Assembly: GCA_037200925.1 (NCBI GenBank)
Contig: JBBCGO010000001.1
Location: 760,235-824,234 of the forward strand
DNA from: Candidatus Doudnabacteria bacterium
GTDB lineage: Bacteria; Patescibacteriota; Doudnabacteria; UBA920; O2-02-FULL-48-8
Length of the DNA stretch: 64,000 bases
Direction of reading: 5' to 3'
Made by a program: the position numbers and the translations under genes. The notes beneath the pieces were generated by a model that searched no databases, had not been told where the DNA came from, and saw only the letters and a program-made list of their open reading frames with translations. This document shows, piece by piece, positions 1 through 10,227 of this stretch; positions within the stretch are counted from its first letter, which is position 1, and each line of letters begins with the position of its first letter.

Positions 1-4
1 AACA

Positions 5-1066
5 ATGCTATTTGGTAAATCAAAAAGTCAGTTGGGGGTGGATATCGGATCATCAAACATCAAGATTGTCCAATTAAGGCCAAAAGATAGCAAATTTATC
101 CTGGAAACCTACGGTTTAGTGAATTTTTCTTACCAGATTGCGGCCAAGGACGGTAATAACGGGGTGACCCAAACCGCTCAATTGCTCAAAAATCTCATTA
201 CAAAGTCAAGAGTTACAACCAATCAGATAGTCGCTTCGCTTCCCAACAGCTCGGTCTTCACCTCTGTCATTGAGATGCCGAAAATTCCCGACAATGAGAT
301 GAAAACCGCCGTAGAATTTGAAGCCAAGAAATACGTCCCCCTGCCTTTGCAAGAAGTGGCCCTGTCCTGGAGTGTAATAGAGGATAAACGGGCAAGAAAT
401 GATCAAGACCTCAAGCCCGGCAATTCCAGACCTGAATTAAAGATCAAAGTTCTGTTAACAGCAGTGCCAACCACGGTAATAGATAATTATTTGAAAGTAT
501 TTGAGATGGCGGGATTAGAGCCCTTGGCCTTGGAAATCGAATCTCTGTCGCTTATAAGATCATTGGTAGGAGAGGATTTAAACATTAATCTTGTGATTGA
601 TATTGGAGCTAAAAGCACCAGCATTAATCTTGTGGAGAGCGGATATCTGCGGCTGTCGAAGAACTTAAATGTCGGCGGAGATACGGTAACGGGAAGCATT
701 GCACAAAGTTTGTCAGTGAACTTTGCCCGCGCCGAGCAGTTCAAAAAGGATTTTGGGTTGTCGGGTTCAGCGCAGCAGATTCCTGCCGTCATGCGGCCGA
801 TCCTGGATATCATCAAAAGCGAAGCATCCCAATTGATCAGCCTGTTTGAAAGCCGGGGGGAGCGGATTGATAAAATTTTACTCTCAGGCGGCGGCTCGAA
901 GCTCCCGAGTTTGAAAGAATATTTTTCCGGATTAGGCAAACCCGTAGTCTTGGCCGATCCTTGGAGCCAAGTGTTGTTCTCCCCAAGCCTTAGGCCGGTT
1001 ATCGAACCTTTGGGATTAAATTTGGCGGTCGCGGTCGGATTGGCAATGCGACGCTCCGATAAATAA
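5..1066 (+). CDS. pilM: Type IV pilus assembly protein PilM (actin-like)
   Basis: GVDIGSSNIK and VIDIGAKST actin-fold motifs, LSGGGS motif; first gene of a pilMNO block. Confidence 0.93.
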   Translation: MLFGKSKSQLGVDIGSSNIKIVQLRPKDSKFILETYGLVNFSYQIAAKDGNNGVTQTAQLLKNLITKSRVTTNQIVASLPNSSVFTSVIEMPKIPDNEMKTAVEFEAKKYVPLPLQEVALSWSVIEDKRARNDQDLKPGNSRPELKIKVLLTAVPTTVIDNYLKVFEMAGLEPLALEIESLSLIRSLVGEDLNINLVIDIGAKSTSINLVESGYLRLSKNLNVGGDTVTGSIAQSLSVNFARAEQFKKDFGLSGSAQQIPAVMRPILDIIKSEASQLISLFESRGERIDKILLSGGGSKLPSLKEYFSGLGKPVVLADPWSQVLFSPSLRPVIEPLGLNLAVAVGLAMRRSDK

Positions 1067-1226
1067 AAATGATTATTAATGAAATAAAAAATTACGAAGA
1101 AATTGAGTTGCGGCCCAGCCCTTTCACGCAAGAGCTGGACGAGAACAATTTTTTCGAGAGAAGTAATACGTCGACCATTGCATATTTTGTGCAAGCAAAA
1201 TCGCAGAGGTTTGACCAATTACGACA

Positions 1227-1784
1227 ATGGCTGAAATAAACCTGCTTCAAAACCGATTGAAAGACACCACTAATCTCGGCCAGCGCCAAAACAGATTAGT
1301 GATTACTGTTTTGTCAGCGATTTTAGTCGTTTTAGTCGGTATTACCGCGGTAATATTTTTCCTGAATAAATCTCTGGCTGACCAGACAATTACCGCCACA
1401 AGCACCAATCAGGATCTTACGAAACAACTAAATGATCAGCAAAGCAAACTCGGAAATGCCAAGTCATTCCAGGCGCAACTGGCGAATTTGCGCTTTCTGC
1501 TGAACGGCCATACATATGTATCGCCGTTGCTGGACGAATTATCAAGGGTAACTTATGCCAGATCACAGTTCATAAGTTTGGACGTGACACAGGTCGGTAA
1601 AATTCACCTTGAAGGCCGGGTTGATTCTTATACGGATCTCGGGAAATTGATCTTGGGCCTGTCCACTTCCCCCAAATTCAGTCAGATCAAACTGTTATCC
1701 GCAGTACCGTCCACCGGCAGCATTAACGGATATATCTTCTCCATCGATATGAACGTGACACCGGATATTTTTCTTAAAAAATAA
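1227..1784 (+). CDS. pilN: PilN-like pilus alignment protein
   Basis: N-terminal EINLL motif, one TM helix, coiled coil; follows pilM. Confidence 0.8.
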   Translation: MAEINLLQNRLKDTTNLGQRQNRLVITVLSAILVVLVGITAVIFFLNKSLADQTITATSTNQDLTKQLNDQQSKLGNAKSFQAQLANLRFLLNGHTYVSPLLDELSRVTYARSQFISLDVTQVGKIHLEGRVDSYTDLGKLILGLSTSPKFSQIKLLSAVPSTGSINGYIFSIDMNVTPDIFLKK

Positions 1785-1786
1785 TT

Positions 1787-2332
1787 ATGGCCCAAGTAAC
1801 TTTTAAAACAATCATTTACATAGCCATATTGCTGATCCTCGCGTGTTTTGGCGTCGGGTATTTTCTTACAACACCGCAATGGAGCCAATATTCCATTGGG
1901 AAAGCCCAGCTGGCAAAAGTGCAAAGCGACAACGTGCAAATAACTTCCGACCTAGCCTCTGTTCAGAGCTTTTTGGACGATTATCAGACCTATCAAAAAG
2001 ACGCTGATACGGTCAACCTGTCCCTCCCGATTAAATCATCAGACATGGCCAACTTTGCGGCCAGTCTCGGAGATCTGGCAAAATCATCCGGAGTAGTGCT
2101 CTCCAATATTGCCATACAAGAAACACCCACCACCGCGGCAACCACGGTTAATGCTATTCAGGTAATACCCGTGTCTCTTACTGCTTCCGGCACCTTTGCT
2201 TCGTTCAAGGACTTTATGATCAGGCTGGAAGACCATCTGCGGATAGTAGACGTAGGCCACGTGTCTTTGAAAACAGATGAAAATGGTTTAATCCAGTACC
2301 AAATGAATTTACAGACTTATTATCAGAAATAA
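1787..2332 (+). CDS. pilO: PilO-like pilus alignment protein
   Basis: N-terminal TM, coiled coil, GTFASFKDFMIRLEDHLRIVDV C-terminal pattern; follows pilN. Confidence 0.8.
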   Translation: MAQVTFKTIIYIAILLILACFGVGYFLTTPQWSQYSIGKAQLAKVQSDNVQITSDLASVQSFLDDYQTYQKDADTVNLSLPIKSSDMANFAASLGDLAKSSGVVLSNIAIQETPTTAATTVNAIQVIPVSLTASGTFASFKDFMIRLEDHLRIVDVGHVSLKTDENGLIQYQMNLQTYYQK

Positions 2333-2335
2333 TAT

Positions 2336-2668
2336 ATGGATCCAAAACGCAAAAAACTTTATATTATTTTAATCATAGCATGCGTAGTTATCAGCATCGG
2401 GGTTTTTCTTTGGGGCAGAGGCGGCTCAACCCCCGCGACGCCGGAAGCTAATGCACCAAGCCCGCTTAACACAACCGGCAATGCCGCAGGCCTAGGCCCG
2501 GTGCTTAAACCTGACGGGACTTATTCGGCGCCGGCCGTATTTCCGGAAAGCACGAAGCTGGACACATCAGTTTTGAATTTAGGTACTTTTACGTTATTAA
2601 AAGTCTACCCGCCGGCGACGGTTAGTGCGGGCGAACTTGGACGCGATGACCCATTTAAGAATTATTAG
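2336..2668 (+). CDS. Small membrane-anchored pilus-associated protein (PilP position)
   Basis: N-terminal TM, Pro-rich linker, C-terminal GRDDPF motif; lies between pilO and pilB. Confidence 0.55.
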   Translation: MDPKRKKLYIILIIACVVISIGVFLWGRGGSTPATPEANAPSPLNTTGNAAGLGPVLKPDGTYSAPAVFPESTKLDTSVLNLGTFTLLKVYPPATVSAGELGRDDPFKNY

Positions 2669-2671
2669 GCG

Positions 2672-4441
2672 ATGGCGAATAACAAAGTCATAAGCTCTCC
2701 GCAACAAAAGACCCTCAGTTTTGAAAATTTTTTGCTGGAAAAGGGCTTCATAACTAAAGATAATTTGATCAAAGCCCGGGCCGAATCAACTACAGCCCAC
2801 CGGAACTTGTTCGATTATCTAGTCAGCGAGCGATATATTTCAGAAGAAGATCTGACAAAAGCCCGCGGTCTTTTTTTTAATGTGCCTTATGTTGACCTGC
2901 GGAACAAAACTATTCCGAAGGAAGTTATAGATATTACTTCCAAGGAAGCTGTATCCAATTACAAGTTCATGCCGTTTGAGCTGACAGATAATGTCCTTAA
3001 AGTAGCCTTGACCGATCCCACCAATCTTGCTGCGCTGGAAGCTTTGGAGTTTTTATCGCAAAAAAATAAATACAGAGTAGAACTTTATATCACCTCATAC
3101 AATAGTTTTCAGACAGTTTTTCGGAAGTCCGGCAGTATCACGAAAGAAGTAACCCAGGCATTGGAGGAGGTGGTTAATAAAGAAAAGATCGACCAGCGCA
3201 AGCTTGAAAGCAAAGTTGTTTTTGATGAGGGTCAAAGAATTTTTGACGAGGCTCCTATTTCCAAGATCGTGGATGTTTTTATCCGCCACGCGATCGAGGC
3301 CCGTGCTTCCGATATCCACATTGAGCCTTCGGAAGAGGATCTGCGCGTCAGATATCGCGTTGACGGCGTGCTTCACAGTTCCCTGATCTTGCCGAAATCC
3401 GTACATGCGGCGATCTTGTCGCGTATCAAAATTTTATCCAATCTGAAGATCGACGAACAGCGCCTGCCCCAGGACGGCCGGTTCCATCTGAACCTGGAAG
3501 GCAAGCCTATCGACTTCCGTGTCTCAACTTTTCCGACTGTTGTGGGCGAAAAAGCGGTTTTGCGCATTCTGGATAAATCAGCCGGCGCGCCGACCCTGAG
3601 CGAACTGGGATTGACCGGCCGCAGGCTGGAGATCGTGGAGGAAGCTATTAGAAAGCCGCACGGCATGTTTCTGATGACCGGGCCCACTGGGAGCGGCAAA
3701 TCAACTACGCTGTATTCCATTTTAAGCATATTAAATACGACAGCAGTCAATATTGTGACCCTGGAAGATCCGGTGGAATATTTTATTGATGGGGTCAACC
3801 AGGCTCAGATCCGTCCGGAGATCGGATTGACTTTTGCTTCGGGGCTTCGGTCCATTTTGCGCCAAGACCCGAATATTATAATGGTGGGGGAGATCCGCGA
3901 CCGGGAAACGGCGGACCTGGCCGTCAACTCGGCTTTGACGGGACATTTGGTATTTTCCACTTTGCACACAAATAGCGCCGTAGGCGGCATTCCTCGCCTG
4001 ATGGACATGGGTATAGAGCCGTTTTTATTGACCGACTCGCTGAACTTGATCGGAGCCCAGCGTCTGGTGCGAAAAATTTGCGATAAATGCAAAACAGCGG
4101 TAAAACCGACTGAAGAAATCGAGAAGATCATACGTGAGGGCATGGTCACAGTCGATAAGAAAGAATTGGAAGGTATTGATATGGAAAATATTAAGGTCTA
4201 TATCGGACGCGGCTGTCCGGTTTGCGGCAATACCGGATACCGGGGCCGGATCGGCATTTATGAAATGCTGGCGATCTCAAGGCAAATTCAGATCATGATC
4301 GGTGACCGTCAGCCGGCTGCAAAAATTCAAGACTATGCCATCAAAGAGGAACATTTTATTTTAATGCAACAAAGCGGCATAATAAAAGCATTGCGCGGCA
4401 TCACAACTGTTGAAGAAGTGGTGAGAGCGACCAAAGAATAA
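2672..4441 (+). CDS. pilB: Pilus extension ATPase PilB/GspE
   Basis: ASDIHIEP, Walker A GPTGSGKST, LEDPVE, LRQDPNIIMVGEIRD, tetracysteine CDKC...CPVC. Confidence 0.95.
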   Translation: MANNKVISSPQQKTLSFENFLLEKGFITKDNLIKARAESTTAHRNLFDYLVSERYISEEDLTKARGLFFNVPYVDLRNKTIPKEVIDITSKEAVSNYKFMPFELTDNVLKVALTDPTNLAALEALEFLSQKNKYRVELYITSYNSFQTVFRKSGSITKEVTQALEEVVNKEKIDQRKLESKVVFDEGQRIFDEAPISKIVDVFIRHAIEARASDIHIEPSEEDLRVRYRVDGVLHSSLILPKSVHAAILSRIKILSNLKIDEQRLPQDGRFHLNLEGKPIDFRVSTFPTVVGEKAVLRILDKSAGAPTLSELGLTGRRLEIVEEAIRKPHGMFLMTGPTGSGKSTTLYSILSILNTTAVNIVTLEDPVEYFIDGVNQAQIRPEIGLTFASGLRSILRQDPNIIMVGEIRDRETADLAVNSALTGHLVFSTLHTNSAVGGIPRLMDMGIEPFLLTDSLNLIGAQRLVRKICDKCKTAVKPTEEIEKIIREGMVTVDKKELEGIDMENIKVYIGRGCPVCGNTGYRGRIGIYEMLAISRQIQIMIGDRQPAAKIQDYAIKEEHFILMQQSGIIKALRGITTVEEVVRATKE

Positions 4442-4443
4442 AT

Positions 4444-4830
4444 ATGTTTAACGTATTATTTGCCCATTCAGATCCAAAGATAGTTGACCTCTATCATCCC
4501 CGCCTGGCTGTTCATTTTTCCGTGGATTCGGCGCACGACGGCTTAACCGCCCTGCGCAAACTAAAACTTGCCAAGCCCGGATTAGTCGTTTCGGATTATG
4601 ACCTTCCCTTGCTGTCAGGACTGGCATTGTTGAAGTTTTGCAGGCGGCAAAGCGCTTATGCTTCCATCCCGTTTATCTTCCTTGCCGACATTGCAAACGC
4701 CCAGCAGGCTCTAAGTTCCGGCGCCAATGATTGGCTTCAACTGTCTTCAGTCACTCCGGACCTGCTTATCGGCAGAATTTACGGGCAATTAAAGCTAAAT
4801 CGATATGGTTTACAAATCAACAGAACTTGA
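4444..4830 (+). CDS. Single-domain response regulator receiver (atypical)
   Basis: AHDGLTAL...PGLVVSDYDLPLLSGL...IPFIFL...GANDW receiver pattern; N-terminal acidic pair and conserved Lys are not evident. Confidence 0.7.
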   Translation: MFNVLFAHSDPKIVDLYHPRLAVHFSVDSAHDGLTALRKLKLAKPGLVVSDYDLPLLSGLALLKFCRRQSAYASIPFIFLADIANAQQALSSGANDWLQLSSVTPDLLIGRIYGQLKLNRYGLQINRT

Positions 4831-5884
4831 AGTCAATACTTTATTGATGCTGGTGCTTCAAAGAGAAGCATCAGATCTGCATTTAATTGCCGGCAAGCCC
4901 CCGACACTTAGAATTGACAGCCAACTCGTGGAGCTGAAAGATTATGAGGTTTTATCCGGCAATGCGATTTCCGGCATCGTGGACGTTTTACTGGATACCG
5001 AGCAGAAAAAAAAAGAATTCCGCGACAACAAGGACTTGGATTTTTCTTTTTCTTTCAAAGACAATGTCCGGTTTCGGATCAACGTTTATTATCAGAAAGG
5101 TTATCCGGCCGCGGCCCTGCGCCTGATCTCGAACAAGATCAAAACGATCGAGGAATTGTACCTGCCGACCCAGCTTAAGGACCTGATCAATTACAAACAG
5201 GGTTTGGTCCTGATGGTCGGTCCTACCGGGCACGGAAAATCGACAACTCTGGCGGCTCTGATCGATCTGATCAACCATACCCGCGCGCAAAATATCGTGA
5301 CCATTGAAGACCCGATCGAATTTGTTTATCTTCAGGACAAGTCGCTGGTCAACCAGCGCGAGGTCGGGTTTGATACGACTTCGTTTGGCCGCGCTCTTCG
5401 TGCAGTTTTGCGTGAAGATCCGGATGTGGTTTTGGTCGGAGAAATGCGCGATTTGGAATCCATCGCCACGACGATCACCGTGGCTGAAACGGGACATCTC
5501 GTGTTTGCGACACTGCACACCAATAACGCCGCCCAGACCATTGACCGCATCATCGATGTCTTTCCCGCGTATCAGCAAAATCAAATTCGGACGCAGCTGG
5601 CCAATATTTTGGTGGCTGTCATCTCCCAGCGATTGCTTCCAAAGATCGGCGGGGGACGGGTGCCGGCGGTGGAGATCATGATGAAGAATAACGCCGTATC
5701 CAACGTTATTCGGGAAAACAAGACCTACGAACTGCCGAACATTATCCATACCTCGGCCGCCGCAGGGATGGTTTCTTTAGACAACAGTTTGGCGCTGCTG
5801 GTGAGGAGTAACGTGGTCAGGCTGGAAGACATAGTCGCGTATGTGACGGATCAGGATTTATTTGAAGGATTATTAAGAAGATAA
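4805..5884 (+). CDS. pilT: Pilus retraction ATPase PilT
   Basis: ASDLHL, GPTGHGKSTT, TIEDPIE, LREDPDVVLVGEMRD, AETGHLVFATLHT, AIRNLIRE-like AVSNVIRE. Confidence 0.95.
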   Translation: MVYKSTELEVNTLLMLVLQREASDLHLIAGKPPTLRIDSQLVELKDYEVLSGNAISGIVDVLLDTEQKKKEFRDNKDLDFSFSFKDNVRFRINVYYQKGYPAAALRLISNKIKTIEELYLPTQLKDLINYKQGLVLMVGPTGHGKSTTLAALIDLINHTRAQNIVTIEDPIEFVYLQDKSLVNQREVGFDTTSFGRALRAVLREDPDVVLVGEMRDLESIATTITVAETGHLVFATLHTNNAAQTIDRIIDVFPAYQQNQIRTQLANILVAVISQRLLPKIGGGRVPAVEIMMKNNAVSNVIRENKTYELPNIIHTSAAAGMVSLDNSLALLVRSNVVRLEDIVAYVTDQDLFEGLLRR

Positions 5885-5887
5885 TTT

Positions 5888-7090
5888 ATGGAATTTGCAT
5901 ACCAAGCGCGGGATAATACAGGCAAGATGCGGACCGGCACGGTTCAAGCCGTCAATGAAACCAATGCATTGGAGATCCTCGGAGAGCACGGTCTGATCGT
6001 GATCAAAATGCTGCCGAGCAACAAGGTTGACATCTTTGAACGCGTGAAAATTTTTGACAGGGTCTCTTCGAAAGATATTGTGCTGTTTTCACGACAGCTG
6101 GCTACTTTGATCAGCGCTAAGGTTCCGATCGTGGAAGCGATAAAAATTTTGCAAAGCCAGGTAGCTTCCAAAAAATTGAAATCCGTTCTGGGCGAGATCG
6201 CTCAGCTTGTGGAATCCGGCGACAGCTTTTCCTCGGCCGTGGCCCGTTACCCGAAAATATTTTCAAAACTTTATGTGAACCTGATCCGGGCCGGCGAACT
6301 GTCGGGGACTATGGATGAATCCTTGTCGTTTTTGGCCAATCAATTGGAAAAGGACTATGACCTGCGGTCCAAGGTCATCGGTGCTTTGACTTACCCGGCA
6401 TTCATTGTGGGAACCCTGGTCGTCGTCGGGTTTTTGATGTTTACTTACGTTCTGCCGCCGCTGGTCAGCGTTTTGCAGGCCTCATCCGTTGAATTACCGT
6501 TCACAACCAAGATTTTGATAGCGACCATGAATTTTGTCCAGCATTTCTGGTGGCTGGTCCTGGCAATCATCATCGGACTGATCGTTGGCTATCGGTTTTA
6601 CAGTAAAACCCCGGGCGGACAATATTTTATCGATAATGTCAAAATCCACCTGCCGGTGTTCGGTTCCTTGTTCCAAAAAATCTATATGACCCGATTCGCC
6701 AGAAATTTATCAACACTGATTGCAGGCGGGATCCCAATCGTCAGGGCGCTAGAATCGGTTGCCGATATAGTGGGGAACGAAGTCTATAAAGAGATCATAT
6801 TGGAGGCGGCTGAACAGGTCCGCAACGGCAAAAGCATTGCTTCCGCCCTAACCTCCAGGCCCGAATTCCCGGCGATTGTGGCGCAAATGACGCAAATCGG
6901 CGAGACTACCGGCCGTTTGCAGGAAATTTTGGACAAATTGGCGATATTTTATGAGAAGGAGATGGAGGTAGTTTTGAACACCTTAACGACCCTGCTTGAG
7001 CCTATTATAATGCTGGTCCTGGGCGTGGCGGTGGCGGTCATGGTTGCAGGAATTTTACTTCCGATATATAGTTTAGCTGGAGCTGCTTAA
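5888..7090 (+). CDS. pilC: Pilus platform protein PilC/GspF
   Basis: FSRQLATLI, GELSGTM, ALTYP, GETTGRL, LLEPII motifs. Confidence 0.95.
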   Translation: MEFAYQARDNTGKMRTGTVQAVNETNALEILGEHGLIVIKMLPSNKVDIFERVKIFDRVSSKDIVLFSRQLATLISAKVPIVEAIKILQSQVASKKLKSVLGEIAQLVESGDSFSSAVARYPKIFSKLYVNLIRAGELSGTMDESLSFLANQLEKDYDLRSKVIGALTYPAFIVGTLVVVGFLMFTYVLPPLVSVLQASSVELPFTTKILIATMNFVQHFWWLVLAIIIGLIVGYRFYSKTPGGQYFIDNVKIHLPVFGSLFQKIYMTRFARNLSTLIAGGIPIVRALESVADIVGNEVYKEIILEAAEQVRNGKSIASALTSRPEFPAIVAQMTQIGETTGRLQEILDKLAIFYEKEMEVVLNTLTTLLEPIIMLVLGVAVAVMVAGILLPIYSLAGAA

Positions 7091-7225
7091 GACAGGTATG
7101 AGACAAAAATTAACAGGAAGCAATAATACATAAGAGGTAGTTAGGGAATTGAACAAATTCTTCATTTTCCTTTTTGCCTCTGATGTAATTTGTGGTTTCC
7201 TTCTTAAATGGAAGGGGGTGAAATT

Positions 7226-7696
7226 ATGAGAAACATGTTTAATCGAAAAAATAAGGGTTTTACTTTGATCGAATTATTGGTGGTTATCGCTATTATCGGC
7301 ATTTTGGCTTCTATCGTGCTGGTTTCTCTGAACTCTGCTCGTCAAAAATCACGTGACGCCAGACGTCTCGCAGACATCAGACAGGTTATGACCGCTTTGG
7401 AAATATTCTACAACGATAATAACCGTTATCCGTTGCCGCTAACTGCGTCAACCACAGGCCCTACACCAGCGGACGGCTCCCCAGCTTGGAGCACTTACGT
7501 TGCTATTTGGCCGACAACGCCGACGCCTAACGACGGTGCATGTACAGCCCCGCAAAACTTGTACACCTATACGCAAGGCCCAGGCGGCACTGCCTACAAA
7601 ATCGCCTTTTGTTTAGGTGCTCTTACAGGGGGATACCCCGGAGGTGTACCGCTGTATGCTTCGGGCGCAGGTATCAGCACTACGGCTCCATTCTAG
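7226..7696 (+). CDS. Type IV pilin (probable major pilin)
   Basis: KG|[17 protein letters not shown] class III signal; GGGGGTG ribosome-binding site before ATG 7226 (alternative start 7208); C-terminal Cys pair. Confidence 0.9.
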   Translation: MRNMFNRKNKGFTLIELLVVIAIIGILASIVLVSLNSARQKSRDARRLADIRQVMTALEIFYNDNNRYPLPLTASTTGPTPADGSPAWSTYVAIWPTTPTPNDGACTAPQNLYTYTQGPGGTAYKIAFCLGALTGGYPGGVPLYASGAGISTTAPF

Positions 7697-7803
7697 CCTG
7701 AAGTATAAGAGTTGAGCGTACTTTCTTCCCTCACTTTCTTCTATGAGATTTCTCAAATTAGAAAGTGGGGGATCAAGTGCATTTAAATCACCTAACTTGT
7801 AAC

Positions 7804-8265
7804 ATGTATCATGGAACAAAAAAAACAAAACCGAAAAAAATTGATTCATGTTCCATATTCCATGAACTAGGCTTTATCAGCATTGAATCGCTGATTTTAA
7901 TTATTATGATTGGTTTGCTCATATTGACCGGTTTGACGGCTTATTTTTTTGCCGTTGGCCAAGCCCGCGACAAACAGAGAATGTCGGATATTGCCGCCAT
8001 CCAAACTGCATTGCAGATTTATTATAAAGAAAATGGTTTTTATCCGACCGGCCAAAGCATTGCTCAGCCTATGGGAATGACCGGTTACCTCGATAACTGG
8101 CCCACACCTCCGCAGCCTTCCGGCTTATGCACAAAAACGCAGAACCAATACCTTTATTCTCAAAAAGCCAACGGAGAAGACTTTAACCTGAGTTTCTGTC
8201 TGGGCCAAAAAACTGACGTTTTGTCCGCCGGGCCGCACACATTAGCTTCAAAAGGTATCCAATAG
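7804..8265 (+). CDS. Pilin-like protein (GspG-like, divergent leader)
   Basis: G|FISIESLIL with E5; ARDKQRMSDI...YYKENGFYP pattern shared with neighbouring pilins. Confidence 0.75.
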   Translation: MYHGTKKTKPKKIDSCSIFHELGFISIESLILIIMIGLLILTGLTAYFFAVGQARDKQRMSDIAAIQTALQIYYKENGFYPTGQSIAQPMGMTGYLDNWPTPPQPSGLCTKTQNQYLYSQKANGEDFNLSFCLGQKTDVLSAGPHTLASKGIQ

Positions 8266-8280
8266 TTCTGAACAAAAACT

Positions 8281-8769
8281 ATGAAAAATTTATCTTCAAA
8301 ATTGAAAAGGGCCGAGGGATTTACTCTGATTGAACTTCTGGTGGTCGTATCGATCATCGGGCTTTTGGCTTCTATCATAGTAGTTGCGCTTAGCAACGTA
8401 CGGCTCAAATCCCGCGATGCCAGGCGTCTGGCGGATATGCAACAGATCAAAACAGGCTTAGATATTTACTACAATTTAGGCTCAGGCTATCCGGATCCCG
8501 CCGATTGGAACGCGGCGCAGGCCGTACAAGGACAGCTTTCCTGTTCCGGGTCTCCAACTTTGACAGTTCCTCAGGATCCTCTGCATAATGGCACTCCGGC
8601 CTACGCGTATACTTACTCACAGGGAGGGAATATTTCTACGGGGTGTGGGGGAAACGTCTCCGCTGATTATGAAATTCAGTTTCAAACCGAGGGCGCTACT
8701 GACCTCGGTCCAGCAGGTACTTATTGGCTTTCCGGTTCCGCCGGAATAACTACTTCAGCTCCGTTTTAA
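8281..8769 (+). CDS. Type IV pilin paralog
   Basis: G|[14 protein letters not shown]; [10 protein letters not shown] and C-terminal GITTSAPF similar to 7226..7696. Confidence 0.9.
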   Translation: MKNLSSKLKRAEGFTLIELLVVVSIIGLLASIIVVALSNVRLKSRDARRLADMQQIKTGLDIYYNLGSGYPDPADWNAAQAVQGQLSCSGSPTLTVPQDPLHNGTPAYAYTYSQGGNISTGCGGNVSADYEIQFQTEGATDLGPAGTYWLSGSAGITTSAPF

Positions 8770-8829
8770 TTGACTGGAAAGTGAATTTAGAATAAATCCC
8801 GATGCTTGAGCAACGGGGTTTGTCATATT

Positions 8830-9588
8830 ATGACGCTACTATTTATTTTTATTTTCGGATTGATTGTCGGCAGTTTTTTGAATGTTGTGATTTTTCGGCT
8901 TGCTTCCGGCGAATCTTTTTTATTTGCCCGTTCTCATTGCCGCAGCTGTAAAAAGGAACTGCAGGCCAAGGATTTGATCCCAGTGTTTAGTTTTTTATAT
9001 TTGCGCGGCCGATGCCGGTATTGCGCCGCTGCAATTTCCAGGCAATATCCGGTTGTTGAACTGGCCACAGGGTTAATTTTTGTTTTGTTCGCCTTAAAGT
9101 TTCAAATGGTTTTCAGTTGGGTTTTTGCACTAAATATAATTTTCGCCTGTTTTCTGCTGGTGATAGCAGTGTATGATTTTAACCATTATCTGATCCTGGA
9201 TAAGGTTTTGCTGCCGGGTTTGGTCCTGGTTCTTCTTTATAACATTCTTCAAGGCTGGCCGGTCTTTTGGGCAGGCTTGCTTTCCGGGGCAGGGTTTGCA
9301 GGATTTTTTCTTGCGCAGTACCTGATCTCGCGGGGTAAATGGATCGGATTAGGCGATGTAAAATTAGGTTTCGTTTTGGGGAACCTGGCCGGCTGGCCAA
9401 TGAGTATTTTAGTTTTGATCTTAGCTTATGGGTCAGGCGCAGTTGTGGGAATAGCCTTGATCCTAATGGGACGCAAAAAATTCGGCTCTAAGTTGCCCTT
9501 TGGGATATTTTTGAGCTTGTCTGCTATAATAGTAATGCTGGCAGGGAACCCGATCATGACCTGGTATCTTAGATTGATCGGACTATAA
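8830..9588 (+). CDS. pilD: Prepilin peptidase/N-methyltransferase PilD
   Basis: GSFLNVVIFR, SHCRSC and GRCRYC Zn motifs, GLGDVKL, LPFG. Confidence 0.95.
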   Translation: MTLLFIFIFGLIVGSFLNVVIFRLASGESFLFARSHCRSCKKELQAKDLIPVFSFLYLRGRCRYCAAAISRQYPVVELATGLIFVLFALKFQMVFSWVFALNIIFACFLLVIAVYDFNHYLILDKVLLPGLVLVLLYNILQGWPVFWAGLLSGAGFAGFFLAQYLISRGKWIGLGDVKLGFVLGNLAGWPMSILVLILAYGSGAVVGIALILMGRKKFGSKLPFGIFLSLSAIIVMLAGNPIMTWYLRLIGL

Positions 9589-9601
9589 AGCTTTTTGCAA
9601 T

Positions 9602-10222
9602 ATGAAACTTAAATACATAAAAAAGAATAAGCCTACAGACCACAGGTTACACGCTACAAGTTATGGCTTCACCCTGATTGAGCTGATGGTGGTGCTTTTT
9701 ATAACCACAATGATCGCAGGGATCAGTGTGGCTAATTTCCGGGCTGCTGAAAAACAGAAACAAGCGGTGATAGCCGGCGATACGGTAGTTAATGCCATAA
9801 GAAACGCCCAGAATTTTACCCTCACGGGTAAAAATACGAATAACACGGATGCAACTTGCCGTGTGCCGCAGTATTACTATATTACTTTTAATTATTCGGG
9901 CGCCATTGTTTTATCCGCTGTCCACAACAACAACAGCGCGGGCACATGCAGTTCGGCTCCTGATACTATTGAAACTTATCCTTTGCCGATCAATACCAGG
10001 ATCAAAGCAAGCGGCCTGGTATTGGACGGAGCCATTGCCAGTTCTTCTATATCATTTATGTTCATGCCGCCGTTTGGCGTCCTGACTGCAGGTAAGGATA
10101 TCGGAACGATCAATGCCACTACTACTGCTGCTTTTACCACGGCGACGATAAGCGTGGAAACATTAGAAGGGTCGGCCAGCAAGACCGTAACTATTGATGG
10201 AATAGCGGGCAAGATTCAGTAA
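9602..10222 (+). CDS. Minor pilin (FimT/GspH-like)
   Basis: G|FTLIELMVVL leader; IRNAQNFTL pattern. Confidence 0.8.
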   Translation: MKLKYIKKNKPTDHRLHATSYGFTLIELMVVLFITTMIAGISVANFRAAEKQKQAVIAGDTVVNAIRNAQNFTLTGKNTNNTDATCRVPQYYYITFNYSGAIVLSAVHNNNSAGTCSSAPDTIETYPLPINTRIKASGLVLDGAIASSSISFMFMPPFGVLTAGKDIGTINATTTAAFTTATISVETLEGSASKTVTIDGIAGKIQ

Positions 10223-10227
10223 AATAA

